NCBI GenBank assembly: GCA_964510085.1
Contig: CAZEAB010000001.1
Coordinates: 5,753 to 69,752 of the forward strand
Direction of reading: 5' to 3'
DNA: 64,000 nt
From: an uncultured Methanosarcinales archaeon
GTDB taxonomy: Archaea > Nanobdellota > Nanobdellia > Woesearchaeales > GW2011-AR9
Below, one piece after another: positions 17,620 to 26,070 of the stretch. Within the stretch, counting starts at the first letter, position 1. Every line of letters begins with the position of its first letter. Under the pieces are notes generated by a model that had not been told where the DNA came from, searched no databases, and saw only the letters and a program-made list of their open reading frames with translations. A program made the translations under genes and the position numbers.

Positions 17620-19579
17620 AATTAATCCCTTTATAGTTCTTATATTTTTTTATTATTTCACTATGAATAAAGCCATTTGTTACAACTATACCATTTTTAT
17701 GAGATACATCTTTTGTATTGTACAATAATTCATTGCCTTCTAAATCAGTTATCATACCTCCTGCTTCTGTAATTATAATAGATGAAGCAGCAGTATCCCA
17801 TTGATTCATTTTATCAGTAGTTGTTAAATATAATTCGGCATCTCCTTCTGAAACTGCAATTACCTTAACGCTACTCCCTTTTGGACTCCATTCCTTAAGG
17901 GATAAATTTTGAAAAAATTGTTTTTCATATTCTATTAAATGACTTCTACTAACAACGGCTTTAGAATCAGATATGTCATTTATATCGCTAACCTTAAGAT
18001 GCCTCCATCTTCCATCTTTATATTGATATGCCCCCTTACCTTTTTGTGCTACACAAATACGATTTACAGCCGGTTGATATATTACTCCTAGAAAACACCT
18101 TCCTTCCTCAATTAGTCCAATCATAATAGTAAATTCATCATTCTTTTTTATAAAATCAGAAGTGCCATCAAGAGGATCAATTATCCAAATTCTACTATGA
18201 TTTAATCTATTTCCGTCATCCTTTATTTCTTCTGAAAGAATGGGGTAATTTGTTTTAGAGAGATGATTTATTAATATGGTGTTACTAGCAATGTCCGCTT
18301 CAGTTAAAGGTTCTTTTTTATCCTTGTAGGACACAGAAAATCCTTCATGGTATATCTTCATCATTGCATTACCTGCTTCTAAAGCTGCATCTACTGCAAT
18401 AGATGCTTCGGCAGATAATTGAGGCATTTCTGAATTTATTTTATAATTGTTTGATAATTCTACCATTTCTTTTGCTGTTTCTGTTAATGGAGTTTTATCA
18501 TCAAAGTAATGTATATCTAATCCGTGCTCTTCTTTTGCTTTCATCATAGCGTCTCGAGCTTTTTCCCATTCAACTCCAACTCTTCTTATTAAAATTGGAA
18601 ACGTAGGTTTCTTTTCAATTAAGACATTCAGAACCCCTTGTAATGTTTCATAAATATTAGTGAAATTAGCAACAACTCCTGCAACCAGTAAACCTTTTAA
18701 TCCTTCTTTCTCTAATACAATTCTTGTTAACTTTTCAACTTTCTCTTGGGGAGGATTTCCACTATATTCAGTTAAATTTGCTGGTTTACCCCCAAATTCT
18801 ATTAACGCATCCATCAAAGTCATAGTAGCGCCACCACCAGATGTAAGAATTGCAATATCACCATCCAAATCAATAAATGTCTTACCAGCAACACCTCTAT
18901 GATCATCTTTATCAATTAATCTCGCTCTAATTTCTCTATCTGTTGCTTTTCTATTATCAGTTCTTTCTTCAAATGGAATCTTCCATCGATGTTTTGCATC
19001 ATCATCTAATACAACAACTGCATCAACAGCAATGTACGAATTGTGAGATTGTACTAATGGGTTTATTTCAATCATACGACAATCATTCTCAATAAAACAA
19101 GTGTATAGTTTCTTCATCAATTCAATTAATTGAGGGTTCTCTGTTGGAAATTCTGTTAGACCTTTCAAATAATCAATTTCAATAGTCTTAATCTTACCTG
19201 TTTCACGAAGTTCTTCAATATCCACTCCACCTTCTTCACTAAAAATAAGAACTGGTTTTCGTGTACTGGTATCAAACATCATTCCTAAATACAGTTCATT
19301 TTCAATATTGATTTTTTCGTCGAGAAGTATTTCGGAGATTTCTTCGTTAAGAAAAGTATTTCCTAAGAATTGTTCTGCAACATGTTTTGCTTGTCCTTTG
19401 CTTGATACAGGGATTATTCCTCCAGCTTTTCCCCTACCACCAGCAAGAGTTTGCACTTTGAGGATTTTTTCTTCTGAGAATTCTGATATTTCAGAACTGT
19501 TTTTTATTAATATTCCCTTACTTATTGGAATACCTGCTGAAGAAATAACTTGTTTTGATTCAAATTCCTTTAGTTTCAT
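17603..19579 (-). CDS. Fusion: SucC / citryl-CoA synthetase large-subunit-like ATP-grasp (N) + CysQ/inositol-monophosphatase-family 3'(2'),5'-bisphosphate nucleotidase domain (C)
   Basis: N-terminal half: 'MKLKEFESKQ', 'QTLAGGRGKAGG', 'TSGGGATMTLMDAL..GGKPANLTEYSG'. C-terminal 260 aa: 'LSEE', 'WIIDPLDGTSDF', 'WDTAASSIIITEAGG' IMPase/CysQ metal-binding motifs. Confidence 0.8.
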   Translation of the reverse strand: MKLKEFESKQVISSAGIPISKGILIKNSSEISEFSEEKILKVQTLAGGRGKAGGIIPVSSKGQAKHVAEQFLGNTFLNEEISEILLDEKINIENELYLGMMFDTSTRKPVLIFSEEGGVDIEELRETGKIKTIEIDYLKGLTEFPTENPQLIELMKKLYTCFIENDCRMIEINPLVQSHNSYIAVDAVVVLDDDAKHRWKIPFEERTDNRKATDREIRARLIDKDDHRGVAGKTFIDLDGDIAILTSGGGATMTLMDALIEFGGKPANLTEYSGNPPQEKVEKLTRIVLEKEGLKGLLVAGVVANFTNIYETLQGVLNVLIEKKPTFPILIRRVGVEWEKARDAMMKAKEEHGLDIHYFDDKTPLTETAKEMVELSNNYKINSEMPQLSAEASIAVDAALEAGNAMMKIYHEGFSVSYKDKKEPLTEADIASNTILINHLSKTNYPILSEEIKDDGNRLNHSRIWIIDPLDGTSDFIKKNDEFTIMIGLIEEGRCFLGVIYQPAVNRICVAQKGKGAYQYKDGRWRHLKVSDINDISDSKAVVSRSHLIEYEKQFFQNLSLKEWSPKGSSVKVIAVSEGDAELYLTTTDKMNQWDTAASSIIITEAGGMITDLEGNELLYNTKDVSHKNGIVVTNGFIHSEIIKKYKNYKGINYGNTD

Positions 19580-20285
19580 AATATCTCCTTGATTCCTCTA
19601 ATTGGTCTATGCTTCCAATATCAAACCACTTTCCAATAACGTTCTTTCCATAAACAGTTTCCCTTTCAGATAAAAAGCTTATGAAATTACCCGGACTATC
19701 CCACTTATTTTCCTTAAGAGCTTCTGAGAACATGCAAAGATGATCTTTTGTTAAACCATAAACTAATGTAGAAGCTAAAGTTGATTCCGGTTGTTCTGGT
19801 TTCTCAACAAAATTAGATATTTGATTCTGTTCATTTAATGATACAATCCCCAACTTTTTTGCTAATTCTATATCTTTAACATCATTAAGTAATATTGAAG
19901 AACCTTTCTCTTGGAAAAATTGAATGAACTCTGTAAGATTATCTTCAAACAAATTATCCCCTCCTATAACCAATAAATCATCTTGAATATTATGTTGTTT
20001 TACAACAAATTCCATGTCCCCAATAGAACCTAATCTGTCTTCATTTGAATTAGTATTATCATTTACTAATGTAATGTTTTGATATGGATTCTTTTGTAAC
20101 CATTCACTAAATTGTGGGTAGAAAAAGTTATTTGTTACCACAAATATTTCATCCACCATTTGTAACTTATCTAAGATATGTCCTAAGATTGCCTTTCCAC
20201 CTACTTCCAGAAGCGGTTTAGGGGTGTTTAATGTTAATGGATATAGCCTAGTTGCGTATCCTGCACAAAGGATTAGTGCTTTCAT
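19560..20285 (-). CDS. Sugar-1-phosphate nucleotidyltransferase
   Basis: 'MKALILCAGYATRLYPLTLNTPKPLL' signature; first gene of the long minus-strand operon. Confidence 0.8.
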   Translation of the reverse strand: MKALILCAGYATRLYPLTLNTPKPLLEVGGKAILGHILDKLQMVDEIFVVTNNFFYPQFSEWLQKNPYQNITLVNDNTNSNEDRLGSIGDMEFVVKQHNIQDDLLVIGGDNLFEDNLTEFIQFFQEKGSSILLNDVKDIELAKKLGIVSLNEQNQISNFVEKPEQPESTLASTLVYGLTKDHLCMFSEALKENKWDSPGNFISFLSERETVYGKNVIGKWFDIGSIDQLEESRRYYETKGI

Positions 20286-20371
20286 GTACAGAAGTACTTT
20301 TATCTTGTTTAAAAGATTTGTGTAAAAGAATATACAATATAATTTTAATAACTATGTAATTAATAGTAGTT

Positions 20372-21034
20372 ATGAGAACAATATTTGTTATATTAGTATT
20401 CTTATTACTTTCTCTAAATGTGTCCACCTCTAGCGAATTTGATGTCATTCTTATTCCAGGACAGGGTTTGGATAAACATGGTGAAGTTCCAAGCGGAAAA
20501 GCAGGAGTTGATGTCAAAGATAGGTTACATTTAGCACTATATTTGTTTGAAATGCAAGAAGAAAAACCAGTTATTATAGTTTCAGGATATGGAAAGAGAT
20601 TTCTCCCTATAAAAAGAACTGAAGCTGAAGTAATGTATGAGTATATTAAAGAGAATGTGTCACAATTAGGCTATGATCCTAATGAGTATGTTGTTAAGGA
20701 AATGTCAAGTCACCAATCTATAGAAAATATATATTTCTCTAAAAAGTTACTTGATAAGGATAGTAAAGTATTAATTTTACCTGCAGCACGTTCTTTTCTA
20801 AGAGTAAAATATATTTCTAACCATTTCTTGTATGATTATGATATTTCATTCTATTCTTTAACCACTCAAACTGTGTCTGAAGTGATACATGATATCCCAG
20901 TAACCCTTTTTACTATTGCTGTTTTACAAGCTCCAACCGAGTATGGTAAATTTCTTGCTGCTCGAGGAGCTTTGATAATAATTGATAAAGTTGTAAATGG
21001 TAATATTCATTATGATTATCATTATAAAGAATAA
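20372..21034 (+). CDS. DUF218 (YdcF/SanA/ElyC-like) protein with N-terminal signal/anchor
   Basis: 'VILIPGQGL..', 'IIVSGYG' pattern typical of DUF218; hydrophobic N-terminus. Confidence 0.55.
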   Translation: MRTIFVILVFLLLSLNVSTSSEFDVILIPGQGLDKHGEVPSGKAGVDVKDRLHLALYLFEMQEEKPVIIVSGYGKRFLPIKRTEAEVMYEYIKENVSQLGYDPNEYVVKEMSSHQSIENIYFSKKLLDKDSKVLILPAARSFLRVKYISNHFLYDYDISFYSLTTQTVSEVIHDIPVTLFTIAVLQAPTEYGKFLAARGALIIIDKVVNGNIHYDYHYKE

Positions 21035-21035
21035 A

Positions 21036-21082
21036 GAAAAAAGAGTGGACAGCTTACCAACATTTCCTGACGCAGATGTCAC
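21036..21082 (-). repeat. Partial, diverged copy of the 3' end of the 5S rRNA gene plus its T-rich downstream flank
   Basis: AATAA(A)GAAAAAAGAGTGGACAGCTTACCAA at 21031-21062 recurs at 21117-21147, with weaker similarity continuing through 'ACGCAG'. It lacks the 5' half and the helix-I partner. Confidence 0.6.
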
Positions 21083-21129
21083 GCCATCTGAGAGGCGGAC
21101 ACTCATTTCATTCGTGAATAAGAAAAAAG

Positions 21130-21243
21130 AGTGGACAGCTTACCAATTTTCCCGCGAAACGCAGTACACATTGATACGGAAACGGTCTTAACTGCCAGGT
21201 TCGAGATGTGTCTGGGTGAACCCCGCCCCTATGGCCGTCCGAT
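21130..21243 (-). rRNA. rrf: 5S ribosomal RNA
   Basis: The minus strand reads GGACGGCCATAGGGGCGGGGTTCACCCAGACACATCTCGAACCTGGCAGTTAAGACCGTTTCCGTATCAATGTGTACTGCGTTTCGCGGGAAAATTGGTAAGCTGTCC. It carries archaeal 5S hallmarks (GGCCATAG, CATCTCGAAC, AGTTAAG, GTACTG, GGGAAA). Helix I is GGACGGC/GCTGTCC. It is followed by a T-run, ends are +/- 3 nt. Confidence 0.85.
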
Positions 21244-21262
21244 ATGCTTTGTAAAGAGGGAG

Positions 21263-21269
21263 TTTATAA
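21263..21269 (-). promoter_or_regulatory. Candidate TATA box for the 5S rRNA gene
   Basis: TTATAAA on the minus strand, about 22-25 nt upstream of the inferred 5S 5' end. Confidence 0.45.
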
Positions 21270-21335
21270 GGTTTTTGGTTGAATTTGGCATTCACAATCC
21301 TTATAAACCACAATTAAAGGATTCTACGAAAGAGA

Positions 21336-22781
21336 ATGGTTGATACAGCAATTATCTTAGCAGGTGGATTAGGTACAAGACTTAGACCGTTAACAAATAC
21401 TATTCCAAAACCTTTAGTTCCCATTTTAGGAAAACCACTTCTTCATCATATCATTACCAATCTAAAAAAACATAATGTAAAAAACATTATTCTCTCAATC
21501 GGATATAAGGCAGACATAATCCAAAATTATTTCGGAGATGGTTCTCAACTTGGTGTAAACATTTCTTATTGTGTTGAAAACGAACCATTAGGAACAGGAG
21601 GAGCTATTAAAGAAGCTGCTAAGAATCTAACAGAACCGTTCATCGCATTAAATGGGGATAACCTCTCTGATTTTAATTATACAGAATTAATACAGCAACA
21701 CAAAGAGAATCAAACCCCTATCACATTAACCCTATTTCCAGTAGAAGATGTAACTCAATTTGGTATTGCCGATCTCAACAACAACATCATCAAACAATTT
21801 ATTGAAAAACCAACCGTTGAAGAAGCTCCAACTAATTTAAACAACGCGGGAGGATACATAATTCATCCGGAGGCGCTCAAGATTCTCCCAGAAGGAAAAT
21901 CCTCAATAGAAAGAGATTGTTTTGAGAAACTTGCTCTAGAAGGAAAGTTAGGAGCATATACACATGAAAGCCAATGGTTCCCTACAGATAATATGGAACG
22001 ATACAGGAAGGCGTGTGAAGAGTTTACTCCAAATATAAACCTAAATAACAAAAGGGTAATAATTGCAGATGTTGATGAAACTATCTGTGAAACATGTCAA
22101 GAAATTTCTCCAGAAATGGCAAGTACAATTAATTCGTTGATACAAAAAGGATATCAGTTTGCATTTATTTCTGGAACAGGTGTAGGAGAATTACAACGAA
22201 TGTTATCTTCAAAATTACACCAAGAACACCACATTCTTGGTACTACAGGAACAAATTACACCCACATGAGATATAATCTAGGAAATGAAAAATATAATTA
22301 TTCTTTCACAGTAGAAGAAAAAGAAGAAATAATTACTGCATTCAATAAATTAATTTCCCACTTTAAGATAGAATCTATGACAACTAAAGAGGACCAATTA
22401 CAAGATAGAGATTCACAAATTACTTTGTCTGCTATTGGAAGAAAAGCGCCAATTGAACTAAAGAAACAATATGATCCTGATGGGAATAAACGCCAAGTAT
22501 GGGCGGAGTTTATGAGATGTGAACTAGGAGAAGACAAATATGATTTTAAAATTGGTGGAACAACATCATTAGATGTTACAAAGAAAGGGTTAGATAAAGA
22601 ATGGGGCATAAAGAAATTTGCAGAACACCATAACATTCCACTAAATTCTATATTATTCTTTGGAGATAAGATATATCCTGGAGGCAACGATTTCCCTGCT
22701 TCAAAAATAGTAGATTGTGTTTCTGTAAAATCTCCACAAGATACTTTAAAACATTTACAGCAATTAGACAATATGGATTAA
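21336..22781 (+). CDS. Fusion: sugar-1-phosphate (mannose-1-P-type) nucleotidyltransferase (N) + HAD-type phosphomannomutase-like domain (C)
   Basis: 'AIILAGGLGTRLRPLTNTIPKPLVPI'. C-terminal half: 'IIADVDETI' (DxDxT), 'GGTTSLDVTKKGLDK', 'FFGDKIYPGGNDFP', resembling eukaryote-type PMM. Confidence 0.8.
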   Translation: MVDTAIILAGGLGTRLRPLTNTIPKPLVPILGKPLLHHIITNLKKHNVKNIILSIGYKADIIQNYFGDGSQLGVNISYCVENEPLGTGGAIKEAAKNLTEPFIALNGDNLSDFNYTELIQQHKENQTPITLTLFPVEDVTQFGIADLNNNIIKQFIEKPTVEEAPTNLNNAGGYIIHPEALKILPEGKSSIERDCFEKLALEGKLGAYTHESQWFPTDNMERYRKACEEFTPNINLNNKRVIIADVDETICETCQEISPEMASTINSLIQKGYQFAFISGTGVGELQRMLSSKLHQEHHILGTTGTNYTHMRYNLGNEKYNYSFTVEEKEEIITAFNKLISHFKIESMTTKEDQLQDRDSQITLSAIGRKAPIELKKQYDPDGNKRQVWAEFMRCELGEDKYDFKIGGTTSLDVTKKGLDKEWGIKKFAEHHNIPLNSILFFGDKIYPGGNDFPASKIVDCVSVKSPQDTLKHLQQLDNMD

Positions 22782-22819
22782 CACAAACTATTTATACATC
22801 GTCTTCACCATTATACGAG

Positions 22820-23728
22820 ATGGATGAAAATACTTTAAACAAAATTAAGCGAATCGGTAAAATCGCAGCACAAGTTAGAAGAGAAGGTGCTGCCAAGTTT
22901 GTACCTGGTGCATCTGCTCTAGAGATAATGGATTTCTGTGAAGATAAGATTAAATCTTTAGGTGGGCAAATTGCATGGGCACAAATGGCTTTAAACGAAA
23001 CAGCTGCCCATTATTGTCCTGAAGAAGATGATACTACAACACTTAAAGAAGGAGATTTAGTAAAAATTGATATTGGAGTTCATGAAGATGGTATTATTGC
23101 AGATAATGCGATGACTGTTGAAGTTGGAAACACAAATAAGTACAAAGATATGATCAAAGCATCACAAAATGCGCTAAAAGCAGCAATTAAACTTGTTGAA
23201 CCCGGAAGACAATTATGGGAGATAGGAGAAGCACAATCGTCTGAAGCTGAAGCACTTGGATTTAAAACTGTTAAAAATCTTTGTGGGCATACTCTTGGCC
23301 CTTATCAAGTACATGCAGGAGTTTCAATACCCTCTTACAATAATAAAGATAAAACAGAATTACAAGAAGATTGGCAAATTGCAATTGAACCATTCGTTAC
23401 AGATGGAAGAGGTATGATTAAGGGAAAAGGAAAATCTACCGTTTGGATGGTGGAAAAAGAAAAGGGAACAAGGTCCCCATATGCAAAGAAAATTCTTGAA
23501 GAAGTAAAACCCTTAAATGGACTTCCTTTTACAAACAGGTGGCTTACCAGGAAGTTTGGAAAAGCTCCAACTGCACTTGGATTACGAGAATTGGAACGAT
23601 CTAACATTATTAATTCATTTCCACCTTTAGTTGAAGTAGATAAAGGGATGGTTGCACAGTTTGAACATTCTATGATTGTGAAGAGCAAGCCTCTTGTGTA
23701 TACAAGACATAAAGACGACAGTTGGTAA
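22820..23728 (+). CDS. map: Methionine aminopeptidase, type 2 (archaeal)
   Basis: 'KIDIGVHEDGIIAD', 'CGHTLG', 'IAIEPF', 'AQFEHSM' metal ligands. I prefer the start at 'MDENTLNKI', downstream of the previous gene's stop. Confidence 0.85.
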   Translation: MDENTLNKIKRIGKIAAQVRREGAAKFVPGASALEIMDFCEDKIKSLGGQIAWAQMALNETAAHYCPEEDDTTTLKEGDLVKIDIGVHEDGIIADNAMTVEVGNTNKYKDMIKASQNALKAAIKLVEPGRQLWEIGEAQSSEAEALGFKTVKNLCGHTLGPYQVHAGVSIPSYNNKDKTELQEDWQIAIEPFVTDGRGMIKGKGKSTVWMVEKEKGTRSPYAKKILEEVKPLNGLPFTNRWLTRKFGKAPTALGLRELERSNIINSFPPLVEVDKGMVAQFEHSMIVKSKPLVYTRHKDDSW

Positions 23729-23760
23729 AAGTTTAAATAGACATTAATCATTAAAATTAC

Positions 23761-24381
23761 ATGAATCTACGTTCTAGTCTAGCAGCTATTGTTCTTGCGG
23801 CAGCTATGTTGTATCCTTCTACATCTAATGGAAAAGAGAATCCAGGATATGCATCTGCAGAAGCAGGATATTTTGTTAGATCTGGAAGATGGTATACTAC
23901 AAAAGCAATTAATTTACAAACTACTAATTTTTGGGGAGGTCTTAGGTTCAGAGAAACATTAACCCCCCGATTTTCAGAAGATGAAAGAGATTTAGTTTTA
24001 GAAGATGTTCCAACAGAAGAAAAAACAGAAATCTTCCAAATTGCTGCTGTATTAGGAAGAGAAGAAGATAGGTTACGATTTATCAAAAAATATGTAGAAG
24101 GTGGTGTAACCATATACTTAAGTGGAGGAGTTAACTTCACATGGAATGTAGCAAATCCAGATGGCATAGATATTCGAATTACTGAACCAAACATGAGGTT
24201 TTTTACAGGAGGAGGTTTACGTGGCCATGCACATCATTCTTTACGATATCTTCCTTTTCCACTTAGTAGATTAGGTATTGGTTCAACACTTCTATTAGAA
24301 TACCAAGTTCCTTTTGGTGAAGGAAAGAGTGGTTTAGCATACTCATTAAATGCAACTATTTCGTATGGACACGGGGAATAA
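23761..24381 (+). CDS. Hypothetical secreted protein (signal peptide, beta-rich)
   Basis: 'MNLRSSLAAIVLAAAMLYPSTSNG' signal-like N-terminus; alternating hydrophobic/polar Gly/aromatic-rich segments; no recognisable motif. Confidence 0.45.
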   Translation: MNLRSSLAAIVLAAAMLYPSTSNGKENPGYASAEAGYFVRSGRWYTTKAINLQTTNFWGGLRFRETLTPRFSEDERDLVLEDVPTEEKTEIFQIAAVLGREEDRLRFIKKYVEGGVTIYLSGGVNFTWNVANPDGIDIRITEPNMRFFTGGGLRGHAHHSLRYLPFPLSRLGIGSTLLLEYQVPFGEGKSGLAYSLNATISYGHGE

Positions 24382-24511
24382 TCCAATACGCTACTACTGC
24401 TGAAAAAACTATCACTGCCCAGAATATACCGCTCCCAATAACTCTAAAAGAGAATAATAAAATATTTGCCACCATTATTACAATAAATATCCAAGATATT
24501 ATTTTTTTCAT
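24356..24511 (-). CDS. Possible 51-aa small membrane protein coupled to hisS
   Basis: My translation: MKKIISWIFIVIMVANILLFSFRVIGSGIFWAVIVFSAVVAYWIIPRVHTK. Its ATG overlaps the hisS TGA as ATGA. Two hydrophobic helices. Below the ORF-track size cutoff. Confidence 0.3.
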   Translation of the reverse strand: MKKIISWIFIVIMVANILLFSFRVIGSGIFWAVIVFSAVVAYWIIPRVHTK

Positions 24512-25770
24512 AATTTCTTCACCGCTTGTGAGACTGAAAGCAATTGTTCGTCTCCTGTTTTCATGTCTCGTAAAAGAACTTTCTTTTTCGCTAATTCTTT
24601 TTCGCCAATAATTGCAACGAAAGGAATACCTAAAGAATCTGCATATTGTAAATTCTTACTAACTCCCTTCTTTCCCATCGCAAAGTCAGTTTCTATTCCT
24701 TTAGACCTAAATTCTTCTGCAATTTGTAAAGATTCTTTTACAGTATTAATTGGAAGAACAAGTAACCTCGCTGGAGTCTTTATTCCTTCCTTATTCAAAG
24801 ATTCAATTATAGGAACTAAACCGAATGAAATCCCTACTGCAGGGATAACTCTTCCACCGCCCATAAAGTTACCAACCATATCATCATATCTTCCACCTGC
24901 AGCGATTGAAGAAGTTATTTCCCCCTTCTTGAGAAATACTTCAAAAACAGTTCCAGTATAATATGCAAGACCTCTTGCTAATGATACATCGTATTGAATT
25001 GATTTTATCCCCATACTCTTACAGTACAAAATAACATCTTGCATTTCTGCAATACCTTCCTTTCCTAAATCTGTTGTAATTTTCTTCTTTAAGTCTGAAA
25101 ATGTAACTTTTTCTGTAATAATTGAAAAGATTGATTTAATTTGTTTTGAAGAATATCCTCGTTCCCGTAATTCTTTTTCAACACCTTTCTTTCCAATCTT
25201 AGCAAGTTTATCTATTGCAATAATTGCATTTTCTTTCTTTTTTATTCCTGCTTGTTCTAAAATGCCGTTCAAGATTTTTCTATTGTTTACTTTAATTACT
25301 ACATTCATTCCTAATTTAGAAAAAGCAGTATTTGCTAATGCCAATAGTTCAGCTTCAGCAATCATGGATTTTGTTCCAACAGTATCTACATCCATTTGCC
25401 AGAACTCTCTTGTTCTTCCTAACTTAATTGGGCCGTCTCGATATACTCTTCCAACTTGAGACCGTTTAAATGGTAACTTTAGTGCTGGGTTCATTGCAAC
25501 ATATCTTGCTAAAGGCACAGTAAGATCAAAGCGCAATCCTAATTTCCTCTTACCTTGATCTGTTAATTTAAACACCTCTTTCATGACATCGCTTTCCTCA
25601 CCTGCAGCTTCTTTTGCAGATAAAGTTTCAATTCTTTCAATTAAAGGTGTTTCTAATGGTGCAAACCCATATAGATTGAATACTTCTTGTAGCGTATTCA
25701 CTACATTATTCTTCATTATTTTCTCTTCTGGTGTGAGGTCTTTTACTCCTCTTGCTGTTTGTAATTTCAT
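24508..25770 (-). CDS. hisS: Histidyl-tRNA synthetase
   Basis: Class-II motifs 'FRYERPQ-like: QVGRVYRDGPIKLGRTREFWQMDVD', 'AAGGRYDDM', 'GISFG'; 420 aa. Confidence 0.9.
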   Translation of the reverse strand: MKLQTARGVKDLTPEEKIMKNNVVNTLQEVFNLYGFAPLETPLIERIETLSAKEAAGEESDVMKEVFKLTDQGKRKLGLRFDLTVPLARYVAMNPALKLPFKRSQVGRVYRDGPIKLGRTREFWQMDVDTVGTKSMIAEAELLALANTAFSKLGMNVVIKVNNRKILNGILEQAGIKKKENAIIAIDKLAKIGKKGVEKELRERGYSSKQIKSIFSIITEKVTFSDLKKKITTDLGKEGIAEMQDVILYCKSMGIKSIQYDVSLARGLAYYTGTVFEVFLKKGEITSSIAAGGRYDDMVGNFMGGGRVIPAVGISFGLVPIIESLNKEGIKTPARLLVLPINTVKESLQIAEEFRSKGIETDFAMGKKGVSKNLQYADSLGIPFVAIIGEKELAKKKVLLRDMKTGDEQLLSVSQAVKKL

Positions 25771-25822
25771 TTTGTTTATCTCCTTGATTATTTTTTTATT
25801 TTATATATCTTACTTAAAAAAG

Positions 25823-25913
25823 GCCTGTTATCGAGAATTGAACTCGAACTTCTAGAGGGCTGTATAGAAATAAATATCACAGTCTAGCGTGCTACCTTTA
25901 CACTATAACAAGC
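25823..25913 (-). tRNA. tRNA-His(GUG), AU-rich acceptor stem, 19-nt intron at 37/38, no encoded CCA
   Basis: Manual fold. G-1; acceptor CUUGUUA/UAACAGG (U2-G71); U8; D arm GUGU/GCAC with GG. Anticodon stem CUAGA/UCUAG, loop CU-GUG-A|intron|C. 4-nt variable loop. T arm UCGAG-UUCAAUU-CUCGA; C73. Intron segment TATACAG pairs with the anticodon loop. Confidence 0.75.
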
Positions 25914-26070
25914 AAGAAATTATGTGGGCCTTACGGCTTATGATGATGATTTTTAATAGAAGTATAACTAGCGAAACTAACAGTGAATACAATCACTTCT
26001 GGTTTGTGCTATCATAATAGTTAGGAGACAAGCTAGTATATAAAACTTGCTACTGATTAGAAGTTAAAAA

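Noticed and set aside
16002-19579. Plain TCA-cycle succinyl-CoA synthetase annotation for the SucC/SucD-like pair
   Set aside because: It is not adopted as the primary call. The pair is coupled to a short citrate-synthase-fold gene, fused to CysQ and embedded in a glycan operon. It remains a formal alternative until substrate residues are checked.
20248-20517. 89-aa minus-strand ORF spanning the divergent promoter region
   Set aside because: It overlaps the starts of two better-supported genes and has no recognisable features.
21031-21153. Direct repeat (about 31 nt, 86-nt period) as a mini CRISPR array
   Set aside because: There are only two copies. The repeat is the 3' end of a 5S rRNA gene plus its trailer, and no cas genes are nearby.
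20997-21343. ORFs 20997..21191 and 21131..21343 as coding
   Set aside because: They overlay the 5S rRNA gene, its partial copy and its promoter. They have no coding features.
22298-24194. Minus-strand ORFs 22298..22771, 23335..23751 and 23757..24194
   Set aside because: Each is antisense to a longer ORF: the PMM-like domain and MetAP (both motif-supported) and the signal-peptide protein.
25914-26070. C/D-box sRNA in the spacer between the two tRNA-His genes (ATGATGA at about 25939, CTGA at about 26053)
   Set aside because: The box spacing (about 110 nt) is far larger than in archaeal C/D sRNAs. There are no convincing C'/D' boxes and no terminal stem.
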